Source: Desulfobacteraceae bacterium
GTDB lineage: Bacteria > Desulfobacterota > DSM-4660 > Desulfatiglandales > Desulfatiglandaceae
NCBI GenBank assembly: GCA_016783065.1
Contig: JADHXI010000001.1
Span: 23,610-87,609 of the forward strand
DNA: 64,000 nucleotides
Direction of reading: 5' to 3'
The notes beneath the pieces are model-generated. The model ran no database searches, had not been told where the DNA came from, and saw nothing but the letters and a program-made list of their open reading frames with translations. This document shows, piece after piece, positions 54,339 through 63,527 of the stretch (positions are counted from its first letter, which is position 1; every line of letters starts with the position of its first letter). A program made the translations under genes and the position numbers.

Positions 54339-56528
54339 TCAAGTTTCGCGCATGATTTCGTTAAAGTTACTGACCAGGGCATCAGCGAACGTAGGGTCGT
54401 TGATGTGGTAGGGCAGCCGGATCAGCCGGCGCTTGTCCGTTTGTTTGACCGTGCGCTCGATGGCGTCGAATAGGGCAGCGTTGGCCTCAGGATCGTGAAA
54501 CGGTTTGCCCGGCAGGTCCTGGAGGTCAAGTCCCCCTTCCGGTATGAGGAACCGCACAGGCCCGTTCATCTGGTTCAGCTTGCGTCCGACCCATTCTCCG
54601 ATTCGAGCGCTCTCCTCCGCCGTGGTGCGGAACGCCGTCACTTGCGGATTGTGCCGATAGAGGTTTCTTGACCGGTATTTCTCCGGCACCGTATCCGGCG
54701 CTCCGAAGTTCACAATCTCTAACCCACCGCAGGACCCCACATAAGGGATGCCCGTACGGATCATGGCGCCCAATCGGTCCTCGCCGGCGCTCAAGATACC
54801 CCCCATGTGCAGGTCGCAGATCTCCGAAGTGGTCACGTCGATGACGCCCGCCATAATGCCGGATTCCACCAGTTTCTCCATGGAACGGCCGCCCGTGCCG
54901 GTGGCGTGGAAGACCAAGCAGTCATACTTGTGCTCCAGCTTGCGGGTAACCAACTCTACGCATGGCGTGGTCACGCCGAACATGGTCAGGCCGATGGCGG
55001 GCTTGTGGTGCTCGCCCTTGGGTTTTTTGCCCATCATCATGCCCGCTAGGGCGTTGGCGGCGTTGGCCAGCACCCGCTCCGATATCCGGTTTATCCCGGA
55101 GATGTCGGTCACGGAATACAACATGCAGATGTCGGACGCCCCCACGTAGGGCGCGACGTTGCCGCTAGCCACCGTAGAAACCATGATTTTGGGAATCCCC
55201 ACGTTCAGCCCTTGCATGCCCGGTGTGGTTAGGGCCGTGCCTCCGGACCCGCCGAGTCCGATCACCCCGCCGACATCCGTTTGTGAGGCTATATAATGCG
55301 TGAACGCATCGGCCATGGCGGTCACCGCGCTGCCCCGTTCCCCTGTGAACACCGCATCGGCTCCGTCCGGATGGTACTTGGCCACTTCCTGCGGTCGCAC
55401 GTCGGCTGGCGAGGGCTGGCCAGAGGTGCTGAGGTCCACGGTCACCGCACGCACTCCCTGGGAGGCGATGATATTGCGGACGAAGGATAGTTCCCGATTT
55501 TTGGTGTCGAAGGTGCCGGCCACATAGGCCGCGCTGTGAGAGAGCGAGGCCTCAGGGACAGCTGGCGGTGAAACTTCATCGACCGCGCCTCTTAGCCCGC
55601 CTTCGGCCATCAAGTTGGGCACCCGCCCCCATCGCGTAATCTGTTTGGCGATGCCGGCCCGGCTCTGTTCAGACTGGCGCCGTTCAATCAGGGGATTACC
55701 ATAGGACCAACGGTTGGGAAACTTGGGTACGCTCATGTATTTCGCATCGGTGGCGACAACCTCGCTCGTTTCGCGGCGGGGTGGCATCCGCGCGGCATCC
55801 GGCGCGGACTCCTCTTCATCAGATACCGCTTCCTCCGCCTTGGCGCTGATACCGAGCAGGCGTTGCTGCAGGGAACGATCGACTGCCAGGGTTGCGGAGT
55901 CCAGTTCCGTTTCAATTCGACCGTTGACCATGACCGCCAAGCGCTTGGCGACCTTTGTGGCCACACCCAGATTCTGTTCTACAAGAAGGACTGCCAAATC
56001 CTCTTCCTCTGCCAGGCGGAGGAGCAGAGTTTCCATTTGTTCCACGATTAGGGGAGCGAGCCCCTCCGTAGGCTCGTCCATGATCAGAAGTGTTGGATTC
56101 GCCACCAACGCCCGGCCGATGGTCAGCATCTGTTGCTCGCCGCCGGAAATCTGGTTGCCACCGTGGGTCCGACGTTTGGAAAGGGGCGGGAAGACCTCGT
56201 ATATGAGCTCGATGCTCCAGGGACCACCGCCCTTTGCGGCCAGCCTGAGGTGCTCATTAACCGTAAGTGACGGCCAGACACGCCGCCCCTGGGGCACGTA
56301 GCCTACACCGAGATCCGCGATCCGGTAAGGGTGCAGGCCAAGGATCTCCTGTCCATCCAGGCGCACGCTCCCCTCTGCAGTGCGCAACAGACCCATTATG
56401 GCGTTGCAGAGGGTCGTTTTGCCCATGCCATTGCGCCCGACAATACCCAGGACACCATGACGCTTCAAGGTGAAGGACACCCCTTGCAACACATGGATAT
56501 GACCGTAGAAGACGTGAAGGTCCTCCAC
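54339..56528 (-). CDS. fusion protein: LivF-type ABC ATPase domain + Tm-1-like (UPF0261) ATP-binding domain
   Basis: Single 729-aa frame with a GTG start. The N-terminal ~235 aa carry Walker [17 protein letters not shown] and [12 protein letters not shown] ~90-aa linker follows. The C-terminal ~400 aa begin [20 protein letters not shown], with GLGGSGGT and FHATGTGG, as in UPF0261 proteins. Confidence 0.75.
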   Translation of the reverse strand: MEDLHVFYGHIHVLQGVSFTLKRHGVLGIVGRNGMGKTTLCNAIMGLLRTAEGSVRLDGQEILGLHPYRIADLGVGYVPQGRRVWPSLTVNEHLRLAAKGGGPWSIELIYEVFPPLSKRRTHGGNQISGGEQQMLTIGRALVANPTLLIMDEPTEGLAPLIVEQMETLLLRLAEEEDLAVLLVEQNLGVATKVAKRLAVMVNGRIETELDSATLAVDRSLQQRLLGISAKAEEAVSDEEESAPDAARMPPRRETSEVVATDAKYMSVPKFPNRWSYGNPLIERRQSEQSRAGIAKQITRWGRVPNLMAEGGLRGAVDEVSPPAVPEASLSHSAAYVAGTFDTKNRELSFVRNIIASQGVRAVTVDLSTSGQPSPADVRPQEVAKYHPDGADAVFTGERGSAVTAMADAFTHYIASQTDVGGVIGLGGSGGTALTTPGMQGLNVGIPKIMVSTVASGNVAPYVGASDICMLYSVTDISGINRISERVLANAANALAGMMMGKKPKGEHHKPAIGLTMFGVTTPCVELVTRKLEHKYDCLVFHATGTGGRSMEKLVESGIMAGVIDVTTSEICDLHMGGILSAGEDRLGAMIRTGIPYVGSCGGLEIVNFGAPDTVPEKYRSRNLYRHNPQVTAFRTTAEESARIGEWVGRKLNQMNGPVRFLIPEGGLDLQDLPGKPFHDPEANAALFDAIERTVKQTDKRRLIRLPYHINDPTFADALVSNFNEIMRET

Positions 56529-56559
56529 GACTAGAATCTCGTCCGCATTATATTCTGAC

Positions 56560-57342
56560 CTAGCGATGACTTTCCCCCAGATAGATAGCCTGAACGTCGG
56601 GGTCTTCCTGTATCTCGGAGGGTGAGCCCTCCTTGAACACCCTACCGTTTTCCATGATCGTGACGTTTTCGACGACTTTTAGAGCGACATCGAGGTCGTG
56701 CTCGATGATTATAAAGCCGATATGAGACGGAAGTCCATTCAGCATAGACATGAGATCGGTACGTTCCGCTGCGGACAATCCGGCTGCAGGCTCGTCCAGA
56801 AGGAGTAACCGCGGCGCCCCCGCCAGGGCCATGCCGATCTCCAATTGTCGTTGCTGGCCGTGCGACAGCGCGGAAACGATCAGATTCAACACCTCCTCCA
56901 GATGCACGAACCGGGCCATGTTCTCTGTCTGCTCTATAGCGGGGTCGTCGGCTCCGGGCCGGCGGAACGAGAACCGACCGCGGCTCACGCCGCGCTGGGC
57001 CAGATAAAGATTGTCCCGAACCGACAGATTATTGAACAACAGGGAATTCTGATAAGTTCGTCGCAGACCTCGCCGGATCCGCTCGTGGGGAGGAAGCTCT
57101 GTGATATCCTCCCCGAAAAACGTGATTCGGCCGCTGGTGGGCGGAAAGTCGCCGGTGATGGCGTTAAAGAGGGTCGTCTTGCCCGCGCCGTTGGCCCCGA
57201 GCACGGCACGCCGCTCACCGGCCTGGACGTTCATGGACACGTCATTTAGCGCCACCAGTGCACCGAAGGTCCGTCCTACGCCCCGGAGCTCCAGGGCGTA
57301 GGGGGATCCGACAAAGCTTTGGGCCTTTCCACTATCCTTCAC
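56560..57342 (-). CDS. LivG-type ABC transporter ATP-binding protein
   Basis: Walker [10 protein letters not shown] and Walker [15 protein letters not shown] start. Confidence 0.85.
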   Translation of the reverse strand: MKDSGKAQSFVGSPYALELRGVGRTFGALVALNDVSMNVQAGERRAVLGANGAGKTTLFNAITGDFPPTSGRITFFGEDITELPPHERIRRGLRRTYQNSLLFNNLSVRDNLYLAQRGVSRGRFSFRRPGADDPAIEQTENMARFVHLEEVLNLIVSALSHGQQRQLEIGMALAGAPRLLLLDEPAAGLSAAERTDLMSMLNGLPSHIGFIIIEHDLDVALKVVENVTIMENGRVFKEGSPSEIQEDPDVQAIYLGESHR

Positions 57343-57369
57343 TGCCGACAGCTCTTGACGCCCAATCCT

Positions 57370-58620
57370 CTAATTACAGGGAGGATTGTTGCGACCAACC
57401 GGTCCGAGGGCCAGGAACTCTTTGCGATCCATTCCCAGAGTCTGGTTCACCTGCGGAACGACCTTGACCACCTTGCTGTAGAGAACACCATCTGGGCGTT
57501 CCGCGACTTCCGTGATGAACATATCGGCTATGGCCTGTCGATTCTCGTCAAGCCTTACTACGCCCGAAGGGGTTTGCAGCTCGATTTTGGACAGGGTCTC
57601 CCGGAACGCCTTATGGTTGTTGGACAGGTCGCCGTTCACCTTATCAAGGGCGGTCAGACAGGCCACTGTGCTCACATAGTAGCCCCACGCGAAAACGGAA
57701 GGAGACGGAAAACCCTTCGGAAAGGCGGCCTTATATTCGGCAACGAACTTCTTCCAACTGGGGGTGTCCAGGTTGTCCGCCATGGCGCTCCCCGACGGGG
57801 TGCCGATCATGTACGTCTTGCGTCGGCCCTTGGAGCTCAGAACGCTCTGGTCGATAGTAACAGTGCCGCCGACCATAGGCTTGTCGCCGCCCGCTTGTTC
57901 ATACTGGCTCAGGAAGTTAACCGCATCCGAGCCGCCCAGGGCCACGAAGATGGCGTCGATGTCATCCGGAATGGAGGCCACGATCGTGCTGTAGTCCTTG
58001 TTGCCGACCGGCACCCAGAAGCGCTTGACCACCTTACCCCCGGCCTTACAGTAGCCCAGCAGGAATCCCATGACATTGGTGTATGCAAAAGAGTAATCCT
58101 CTGCGACGGTGACGATCTTCTTGTAGCCCTTGACCTGGACGACATACTCGCCGACCCCAGCCATGAACTGCACCCCGTCGCCGGTGAACCGGAAGAAGTT
58201 AGGGGCCGGGTTTCGCAGGGTGGTGTCCTGGGCCGCAGAGATGCCGTTGAAAAACGTCACCTGAGGCTGGGTATGGGCATAATCTTTCACGGCAATGCCT
58301 TCCGAGCCTGAGAGCGGGCCAATGACGATATCGACTTTATCCTGCTCCACCAGCTTGCGCGCCGCCCGGGTGGCACTGTCGGGGGTGGCGTCCGTCGACA
58401 TGGTGTAGAGCTTGATCTTCTTCCCGGCCACGGTGTAGTTCCACTGCTGCAGGGCAAGCTTGACACCGCGCATGCCATCCTGGCCAAGCACGGCGAAAGG
58501 GCCTTCAAGCGTCGCCATTGCACCGATTTTGATGACACCGTCGGCCTGGGATGTCACGGGCAGACACAGACTCACCGCCAAAGCTGCACAGATAATCAAA
58601 ACTCCTAACGCTTTCTTCAT
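57370..58620 (-). CDS. ABC substrate-binding protein (LivJ/K-like type 1 periplasmic binding fold)
   Basis: Signal peptide MKKALGVLIICAALAVSLCLPVTSQA. IKIGAMATLEGPFAVLG is typical of Peripla_BP_6. Confidence 0.8.
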   Translation of the reverse strand: MKKALGVLIICAALAVSLCLPVTSQADGVIKIGAMATLEGPFAVLGQDGMRGVKLALQQWNYTVAGKKIKLYTMSTDATPDSATRAARKLVEQDKVDIVIGPLSGSEGIAVKDYAHTQPQVTFFNGISAAQDTTLRNPAPNFFRFTGDGVQFMAGVGEYVVQVKGYKKIVTVAEDYSFAYTNVMGFLLGYCKAGGKVVKRFWVPVGNKDYSTIVASIPDDIDAIFVALGGSDAVNFLSQYEQAGGDKPMVGGTVTIDQSVLSSKGRRKTYMIGTPSGSAMADNLDTPSWKKFVAEYKAAFPKGFPSPSVFAWGYYVSTVACLTALDKVNGDLSNNHKAFRETLSKIELQTPSGVVRLDENRQAIADMFITEVAERPDGVLYSKVVKVVPQVNQTLGMDRKEFLALGPVGRNNPPCN

Positions 58621-58792
58621 GGTTTCCCTCCTTTTGAGAATTTGAAAGTTTCAGCCTAACCGGGCGTTGCATTAAAGCTTCTTAGTATCGTTACGCCCGT
58701 ACCTCCCTCATCCACAATTTGCATTGATCTTAGTGGTTTGTCTTCAACTCCATCCTACCAAAAGCCCGTCGTTCCCGCACCTCGATGGCGAT

Positions 58793-59794
58793 TTAATGAG
58801 TCGCAGGTGCGGTCCATTGCCTTAATTTCTGCCAGAGACCGAGAAGCCCGTCGGGTGAGAACAGCACAATGGCCAGGAACACCGCCCCGATCAGCAGGTT
58901 AAACCGTTCGCTGGCGATTAAGTCAATGGCGAAGTTCTCCAGCAGAGTGAACAAGACGGCGCCGATAAAGGCGCCCACCGGGTGGCCCAGACCGCCGATC
59001 ACCGCAATGACCAGGATGTCGATGGTGGGTCCGATACCGATAGAGCCCGGCGAGATGCGTCCGTTGAGCCAGATCATCAGTACGCCGCCAAACGAGGCGA
59101 TGAGGGCGGCGACGGTGTAAGCCAGAATTCGGTGGGCTCTCACGTTGAAGCCGAGAGCCTGCATGCGCCGATCGTTATCCCTGATCCCCTGCAGCGAGAG
59201 ACCGAAGGTGGACCGCCGAAGATAAACCACCACAAAGTAGGCGACGGCCACCACCGCCAGGCTAAGATAATAAAAGGGCACGGGATCTCGCCAATTCACC
59301 CCCCCGATGACCGGTGGTTTGAGGCCCGCGAATCCGTTCCAACCGTTTAGTATGTTGTAGTTTTGGCGGGCGAAATAATAAAAACCCACGGCGATGGCCA
59401 GCGTGATCATGATTGTGTAAATGCCCGTAGTTTGGACCGAAATCGCGCCGATCAGGGTGCCAAAGAGGGTGGCTATGACGATGGCCAGGATGACCGCCGC
59501 CAACCAAGGCCAGCCCAACCCCATGTTGAAGCTGTTGACCCCCAGCACGGCCACCGTGTACCCGGCGCAACCCGCCACACTGACCTGGGCCAGGGAAACC
59601 ATCCCTCCGTATCCGGCCAGGAAGGTCAGGCTCAGGGCGATCATGCCCAGGATCAGCGACTGGGCGCCGATTTGTACGGTCCAGAAGGGCGATGCGATCC
59701 AGGGATAGACCAGCAGGAACACAAAGACGAGTACGTGCCATAGCACGTCAGCCTGGCTTGTGCCACGTATCACCTGTGCGTTGCTTCCCCTCAT
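58793..59794 (-). CDS. LivM-type ABC permease
   Basis: Highly hydrophobic 333 aa. 1-nt TGATG overlap with the upstream permease. Confidence 0.8.
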   Translation of the reverse strand: MRGSNAQVIRGTSQADVLWHVLVFVFLLVYPWIASPFWTVQIGAQSLILGMIALSLTFLAGYGGMVSLAQVSVAGCAGYTVAVLGVNSFNMGLGWPWLAAVILAIVIATLFGTLIGAISVQTTGIYTIMITLAIAVGFYYFARQNYNILNGWNGFAGLKPPVIGGVNWRDPVPFYYLSLAVVAVAYFVVVYLRRSTFGLSLQGIRDNDRRMQALGFNVRAHRILAYTVAALIASFGGVLMIWLNGRISPGSIGIGPTIDILVIAVIGGLGHPVGAFIGAVLFTLLENFAIDLIASERFNLLIGAVFLAIVLFSPDGLLGLWQKLRQWTAPATH

Positions 59795-60654
59795 CAGGCG
59801 CGCCTCCCAAGGAGGCCTTGTGGCCGGAAGGCCAGGGTGAGCACCATGATAATGAAGGTGTACACAACCCCGTATGTGGGCGAGTAGGCTAGACCAAACT
59901 GCTCCGCAAGGCCGATGAGAAGCGCGCCCAGCGCCGCGCCACCCACGCTGCCCATGCCCCCGACGATGACCACGACCAAAGAGGCCAGCAAATATCTCAG
60001 GTCTTCGCCCGGCGCGATGGAAAGGGCGGATCCGCCCACCACCCCTGCAAAACCTGCGAGACCGGCACCAATGGTGAACACGATTGCAAAGACGCGGTGC
60101 ACGTTGACGCCTGTGGCGGCCAGCATGTCGCGATCGTCCACGCCTGCGCGGATCATCATCCCGACCCGTGTCTTGTCGAGAAATAACCAGAGCGCCAACC
60201 CGATCACAACGGCGATAAGGAGGATGAACAAGCGGTAAGTGGTATAGACTTTTATAATGGGAAGGCGGGTGACTCCGTAAAGCGCGTCCGGTATTTCGAA
60301 CTGGTAAGTCACACCTCCCCAGACGGCTAGCATAACATCGGCCAGTATGATCGAAATACCGATAGTCACCAAGGTCTGGCGCAGATCCTGACCTTCCATG
60401 AAGCGAAAAATGCAGACCTGCAATAGCAACCCCAGAATTGCTATCGCAACGAACCCGCCGGCGGCGCCCAGAACCCAGGAGCCGGTGGCCTCCGCCACGT
60501 CGAAACCGACGTAAGCCCCAAGCAGGAAAAGCGAGCCGTGGGCCAAGTTGACGTTGCGCATGACCCCAAACACGAGGGTGAACCCGCTGGCCACCAGGAA
60601 ATAGAGGGCGGCAAGCGTAAGTCCGTTCAAGATGGTCATAATGAAGAGCTTCAT
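59794..60654 (-). CDS. LivH-type ABC permease
   Basis: MKLFIMTILNGLTLAALYFLVASGFTLVFGVMRNVNLAHG is the canonical LivH N-terminus. Confidence 0.85.
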   Translation of the reverse strand: MKLFIMTILNGLTLAALYFLVASGFTLVFGVMRNVNLAHGSLFLLGAYVGFDVAEATGSWVLGAAGGFVAIAILGLLLQVCIFRFMEGQDLRQTLVTIGISIILADVMLAVWGGVTYQFEIPDALYGVTRLPIIKVYTTYRLFILLIAVVIGLALWLFLDKTRVGMMIRAGVDDRDMLAATGVNVHRVFAIVFTIGAGLAGFAGVVGGSALSIAPGEDLRYLLASLVVVIVGGMGSVGGAALGALLIGLAEQFGLAYSPTYGVVYTFIIMVLTLAFRPQGLLGRRA

Positions 60655-60689
60655 TATGGGCTCCCCTAACCTGTTGGGTGGTATTTGTT

Positions 60690-60967
60690 TCAGTCGATCA
60701 TACGTAGGACTTCCAAGGCGTTGTCCGAGTCAGTGATGAGTATGTGAATGACCCCGGTACGCAATGCGCCAAGAATCGCTTTTGACTTTCCCTCTTTACT
60801 AACCGCAGCAATGACCGTAAGGTTCAGAGCAGTCGTTGAAGTTCTTGACGTGAAATGCCCAATTTTCGGGCTACTTCGGCCTGGATCTTCCTTTCTACAG
60901 AATAGAGGGACGCTGGGTGGGTGAGGAAGTCGAAAAAATTAAGTTTTTCACTTGAGGTTTGAGGCAT
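60690..60967 (-). pseudogene. internally deleted SorC/DeoR-type sugar-binding regulator remnant
   Basis: The minus strand reads MPQTSSEKLNFFD...AEVARKLGISRQELQRLL* (HTH fragment). A different frame then reads ..LTVIAAVSKEGKSKAILGALRTGVIHILITDSDNALEVLRMID* (typical SorC C-terminus). About 250 aa of the middle are missing. Confidence 0.5.
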
Positions 60968-61140
60968 GGTCACAGCCCATTAGCGATTAAAGTTGGCAAT
61001 ATCCAAAGCTGCTATAAATATCTTCTAGCCCGTTTGTGAGCCTTTGCTTATACTATAAATATTTTTGATATAATAAGGTGTCTTCTCTGTCAAGGATTAC
61101 TTGCTTGAAAAGCATCTAGCGATTATCTGCGAGGAAGTCA

Positions 61141-61155
61141 TTGACAAACTGTCAA
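61141..61155. promoter_or_regulatory. perfect 6-3-6 palindrome TTGACAAACTGTCAA (possible operator / -35 box)
   Basis: Seen directly. It lies in the ~970-bp divergent region between the liv operon and the PEP-hydrolase-like genes. Confidence 0.3.
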
Positions 61156-61624
61156 AACAAATCCTCATGGCCAAAGCTGGGCGACACCCTTTTCCTGAAT
61201 GATCTTACTTAAGGCTCTCCCGAATTAGGCCTTGACAGGGGTCCTACAACTATTTATTAGAAATGAATAGCTACCATACACTATATGAGCATTTGCTTTC
61301 AATGCATGGAGTGACCCTGCCCATTGCTAGTCGAAACCTGACGGCCACTTTCTTGCGGTGCGGTGGGCTACATGTTTGGACATCATTTAGATAATGAATA
61401 TCTAAAGGCCTTGGATGTGTTGCCCCTGGCCGACGAAATAACCTAGGGTAGCACGGCTGCCATCCCACGCCTAAATTTCGGCATTTCGCCTTGGAATTTA
61501 TCGATATATGTATTAAAGAATAGGATGTTATAGGGCTCCTGGAAGAATGTAAATCAAAATGATTTGCGGGGACTTATGGTGCTTTGACCTAACGGGCACA
61601 GAAAGCAAGTGGAGGAGGGAAAAA

Positions 61625-62491
61625 ATGGCCAAAAAATACGGTCGCGACGAAGTGAACGCTCGGCTTAGGGAAACGCTGAAGGCCGGAAAATCGATCATCC
61701 TCGGTGGAGCAGGGGACGGCTTCACAGCCAAGCTGGAGGAAAAAGGAGGCCTGGACATAATCGGGATATACAACTCCGGACGATTCAGGCACTTTGGCGC
61801 TGGTTCCCTGTCCGGTTTGATGCCGTTGGGACGTAACCAGGATATGGTTATGGACTACGCCGCCGAGGTCCTTTCCATGGTGAAGGAGACCCCGGTGATC
61901 GCCGGATTTTGCGCGCAGGATACCAGGACGCTTTGGGAGCATTGGTTCAATACGCTCGCATCGATGGGTGTCTCAGGCTTCATGAACTTCCCCACCGTGG
62001 GTCTCATCGATGCAGACTCCCGCTACCGGAATAACCTGGAGGAGTCGGGACTCGGCTTCGATAGTGAGGCAGAAGTGCTAAGGATCGCCCATGACTTAGG
62101 ATTCTTCACTGTTGGCTATTGCTTTACTCCTGACGAGGCCAAGATGATCGCCAAAGCCGGAGTTGATATCATTGGGTGTCACGTTGGCCTGACCTCGGGA
62201 GGCCTGATTGGTGCGGGAACGGTCATGACACTGGATGAGAGTGTCAAGGTGACCAACCAACTGATCGCCGCGGCAAAGGAAGTACGTCCGGCCGGGGACT
62301 TCATCGCCATGACCCATGGAGGACCCATGGAGGACCCCGAGAGCACCGCCTATGTCATGGAGCGCACCGAAGCCGTCGGCTACCTGGGGGCCTCCAGCAT
62401 CGAGCGCACCCCCGTGGAGCCCGCAGTTATCAAAGTCTGCCAGGAATTCAAGAATATACCGGTCAACATACCAGACTGGTTGAAGCTGTAA
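61625..62491 (+). CDS. PEP-hydrolase-like TIM-barrel protein (PF09370-type, Tm-1 C-terminal-domain homolog), paralog 1
   Basis: GGAGGAGGG SD before ATG 61625. GGAGDGFTAKLEEKGGLDIIGIYNSGRFRHFGAGSLSGLMPLG, FMNFPTVGLID and HGGPMEDPE match my recollection of this family. Confidence 0.75.
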   Translation: MAKKYGRDEVNARLRETLKAGKSIILGGAGDGFTAKLEEKGGLDIIGIYNSGRFRHFGAGSLSGLMPLGRNQDMVMDYAAEVLSMVKETPVIAGFCAQDTRTLWEHWFNTLASMGVSGFMNFPTVGLIDADSRYRNNLEESGLGFDSEAEVLRIAHDLGFFTVGYCFTPDEAKMIAKAGVDIIGCHVGLTSGGLIGAGTVMTLDESVKVTNQLIAAAKEVRPAGDFIAMTHGGPMEDPESTAYVMERTEAVGYLGASSIERTPVEPAVIKVCQEFKNIPVNIPDWLKL

Positions 62492-62591
62492 GTTCTATCT
62501 GGATTTCAAGGAGGGGCCTTCATCCGAGGCCTGGATGAATCGCAAATGTCAGGCCTCGGGAGGTACCAGTCCAATTTATTAGGGGGATCTC

Positions 62592-63437
62592 ATGGCTAAA
62601 AAATATAGCAGGATAGAGGTGTTGGACCGTCTTCACCGACAACTCGAGGCGAAAAAGCCTTTGCTTATGTTTGGCGCGGGTATCGGTTTGACCGCCAAGT
62701 GCGCCGAATTGGGCGGGGCTGACCTGATCGCAGTCTATTCCACTGCCATGTATCGTATGATGGGACAACACACCCTAATGGCCTTCTTACCGTACTCCAA
62801 CGCCAATGAACACGTAGCCAAGATGGCCTGTGAGATCCTCCCGGCGGTCAAAGAAACTCCCTGTATCGTCGGCATAGGCGCCCATGACCCCAGCCTGAAC
62901 CAGGAAAGGTTCATGGATGAAATGATGGCGCTGGGCTTTTCCGGCGTAACCAACGAGCCCTTTGCGGGCATTTACGGTCCTGATTTCGCGGCCCAATTGG
63001 AATCTGCCGGGCTGGGCTTTTCCAAGGAAGCGGAAATGATTGCGCTGGCTCACAGTAAGGGAATATTTACCGTTGGTTGGGCCTTTAACCCGGAAGAGGC
63101 CCGCAAAATGGCCGAGGCCGGGGCGGATGTGGTTGGTGCCCTGGTGGGCGTAACGGCTGGGGGGCTGAGTGGCCCTAAGGATTCATTGACGTTAGAGAAA
63201 GCTACAGAGGCGGTTCAGGCCATGTACCAGGCAGCCAGGGAGGTGAATCCCGACGTCATCGTCCTCACCCACGGGGGGCCATTCAAGGATCCGGAAACGG
63301 CCGAATATTCCATTTTACATTCCGGCGCAGTTGGCTACGCCGCTGGATCCAGCGGGGAGCGACTGCCCGTTGAAAACGCGATCGTTGAAGTTACGAAATC
63401 TTACAAGAATATGAAACTGGACATGGGGTCCAAATGA
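62592..63437 (+). CDS. PEP-hydrolase-like TIM-barrel protein, paralog 2
   Basis: MAKKYSRIEVLDRLHRQL.., FGAGIGLTAKCAELGGADLIAVYSTAMYRMMG, THGGPFKDPE. Collinear with paralog 1. Confidence 0.75.
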   Translation: MAKKYSRIEVLDRLHRQLEAKKPLLMFGAGIGLTAKCAELGGADLIAVYSTAMYRMMGQHTLMAFLPYSNANEHVAKMACEILPAVKETPCIVGIGAHDPSLNQERFMDEMMALGFSGVTNEPFAGIYGPDFAAQLESAGLGFSKEAEMIALAHSKGIFTVGWAFNPEEARKMAEAGADVVGALVGVTAGGLSGPKDSLTLEKATEAVQAMYQAAREVNPDVIVLTHGGPFKDPETAEYSILHSGAVGYAAGSSGERLPVENAIVEVTKSYKNMKLDMGSK

Positions 63438-63527
63438 GTCTAACCGACCTTTTTCTACCCTTGTGACCGTGCTTTGTCATAACTTGTCAGGAATGTAGGG
63501 TTTTTAAGGAAAGGAGAGTGTTTGCGC

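Noticed and set aside
57319-58311. 330-aa plus-strand ORF
   Set aside because: It is antisense to the Liv-type SBP gene in the GC-rich block, where long stop-free antisense frames are expected. Its Arg/Gly/His-rich sequence is typical of such shadows.
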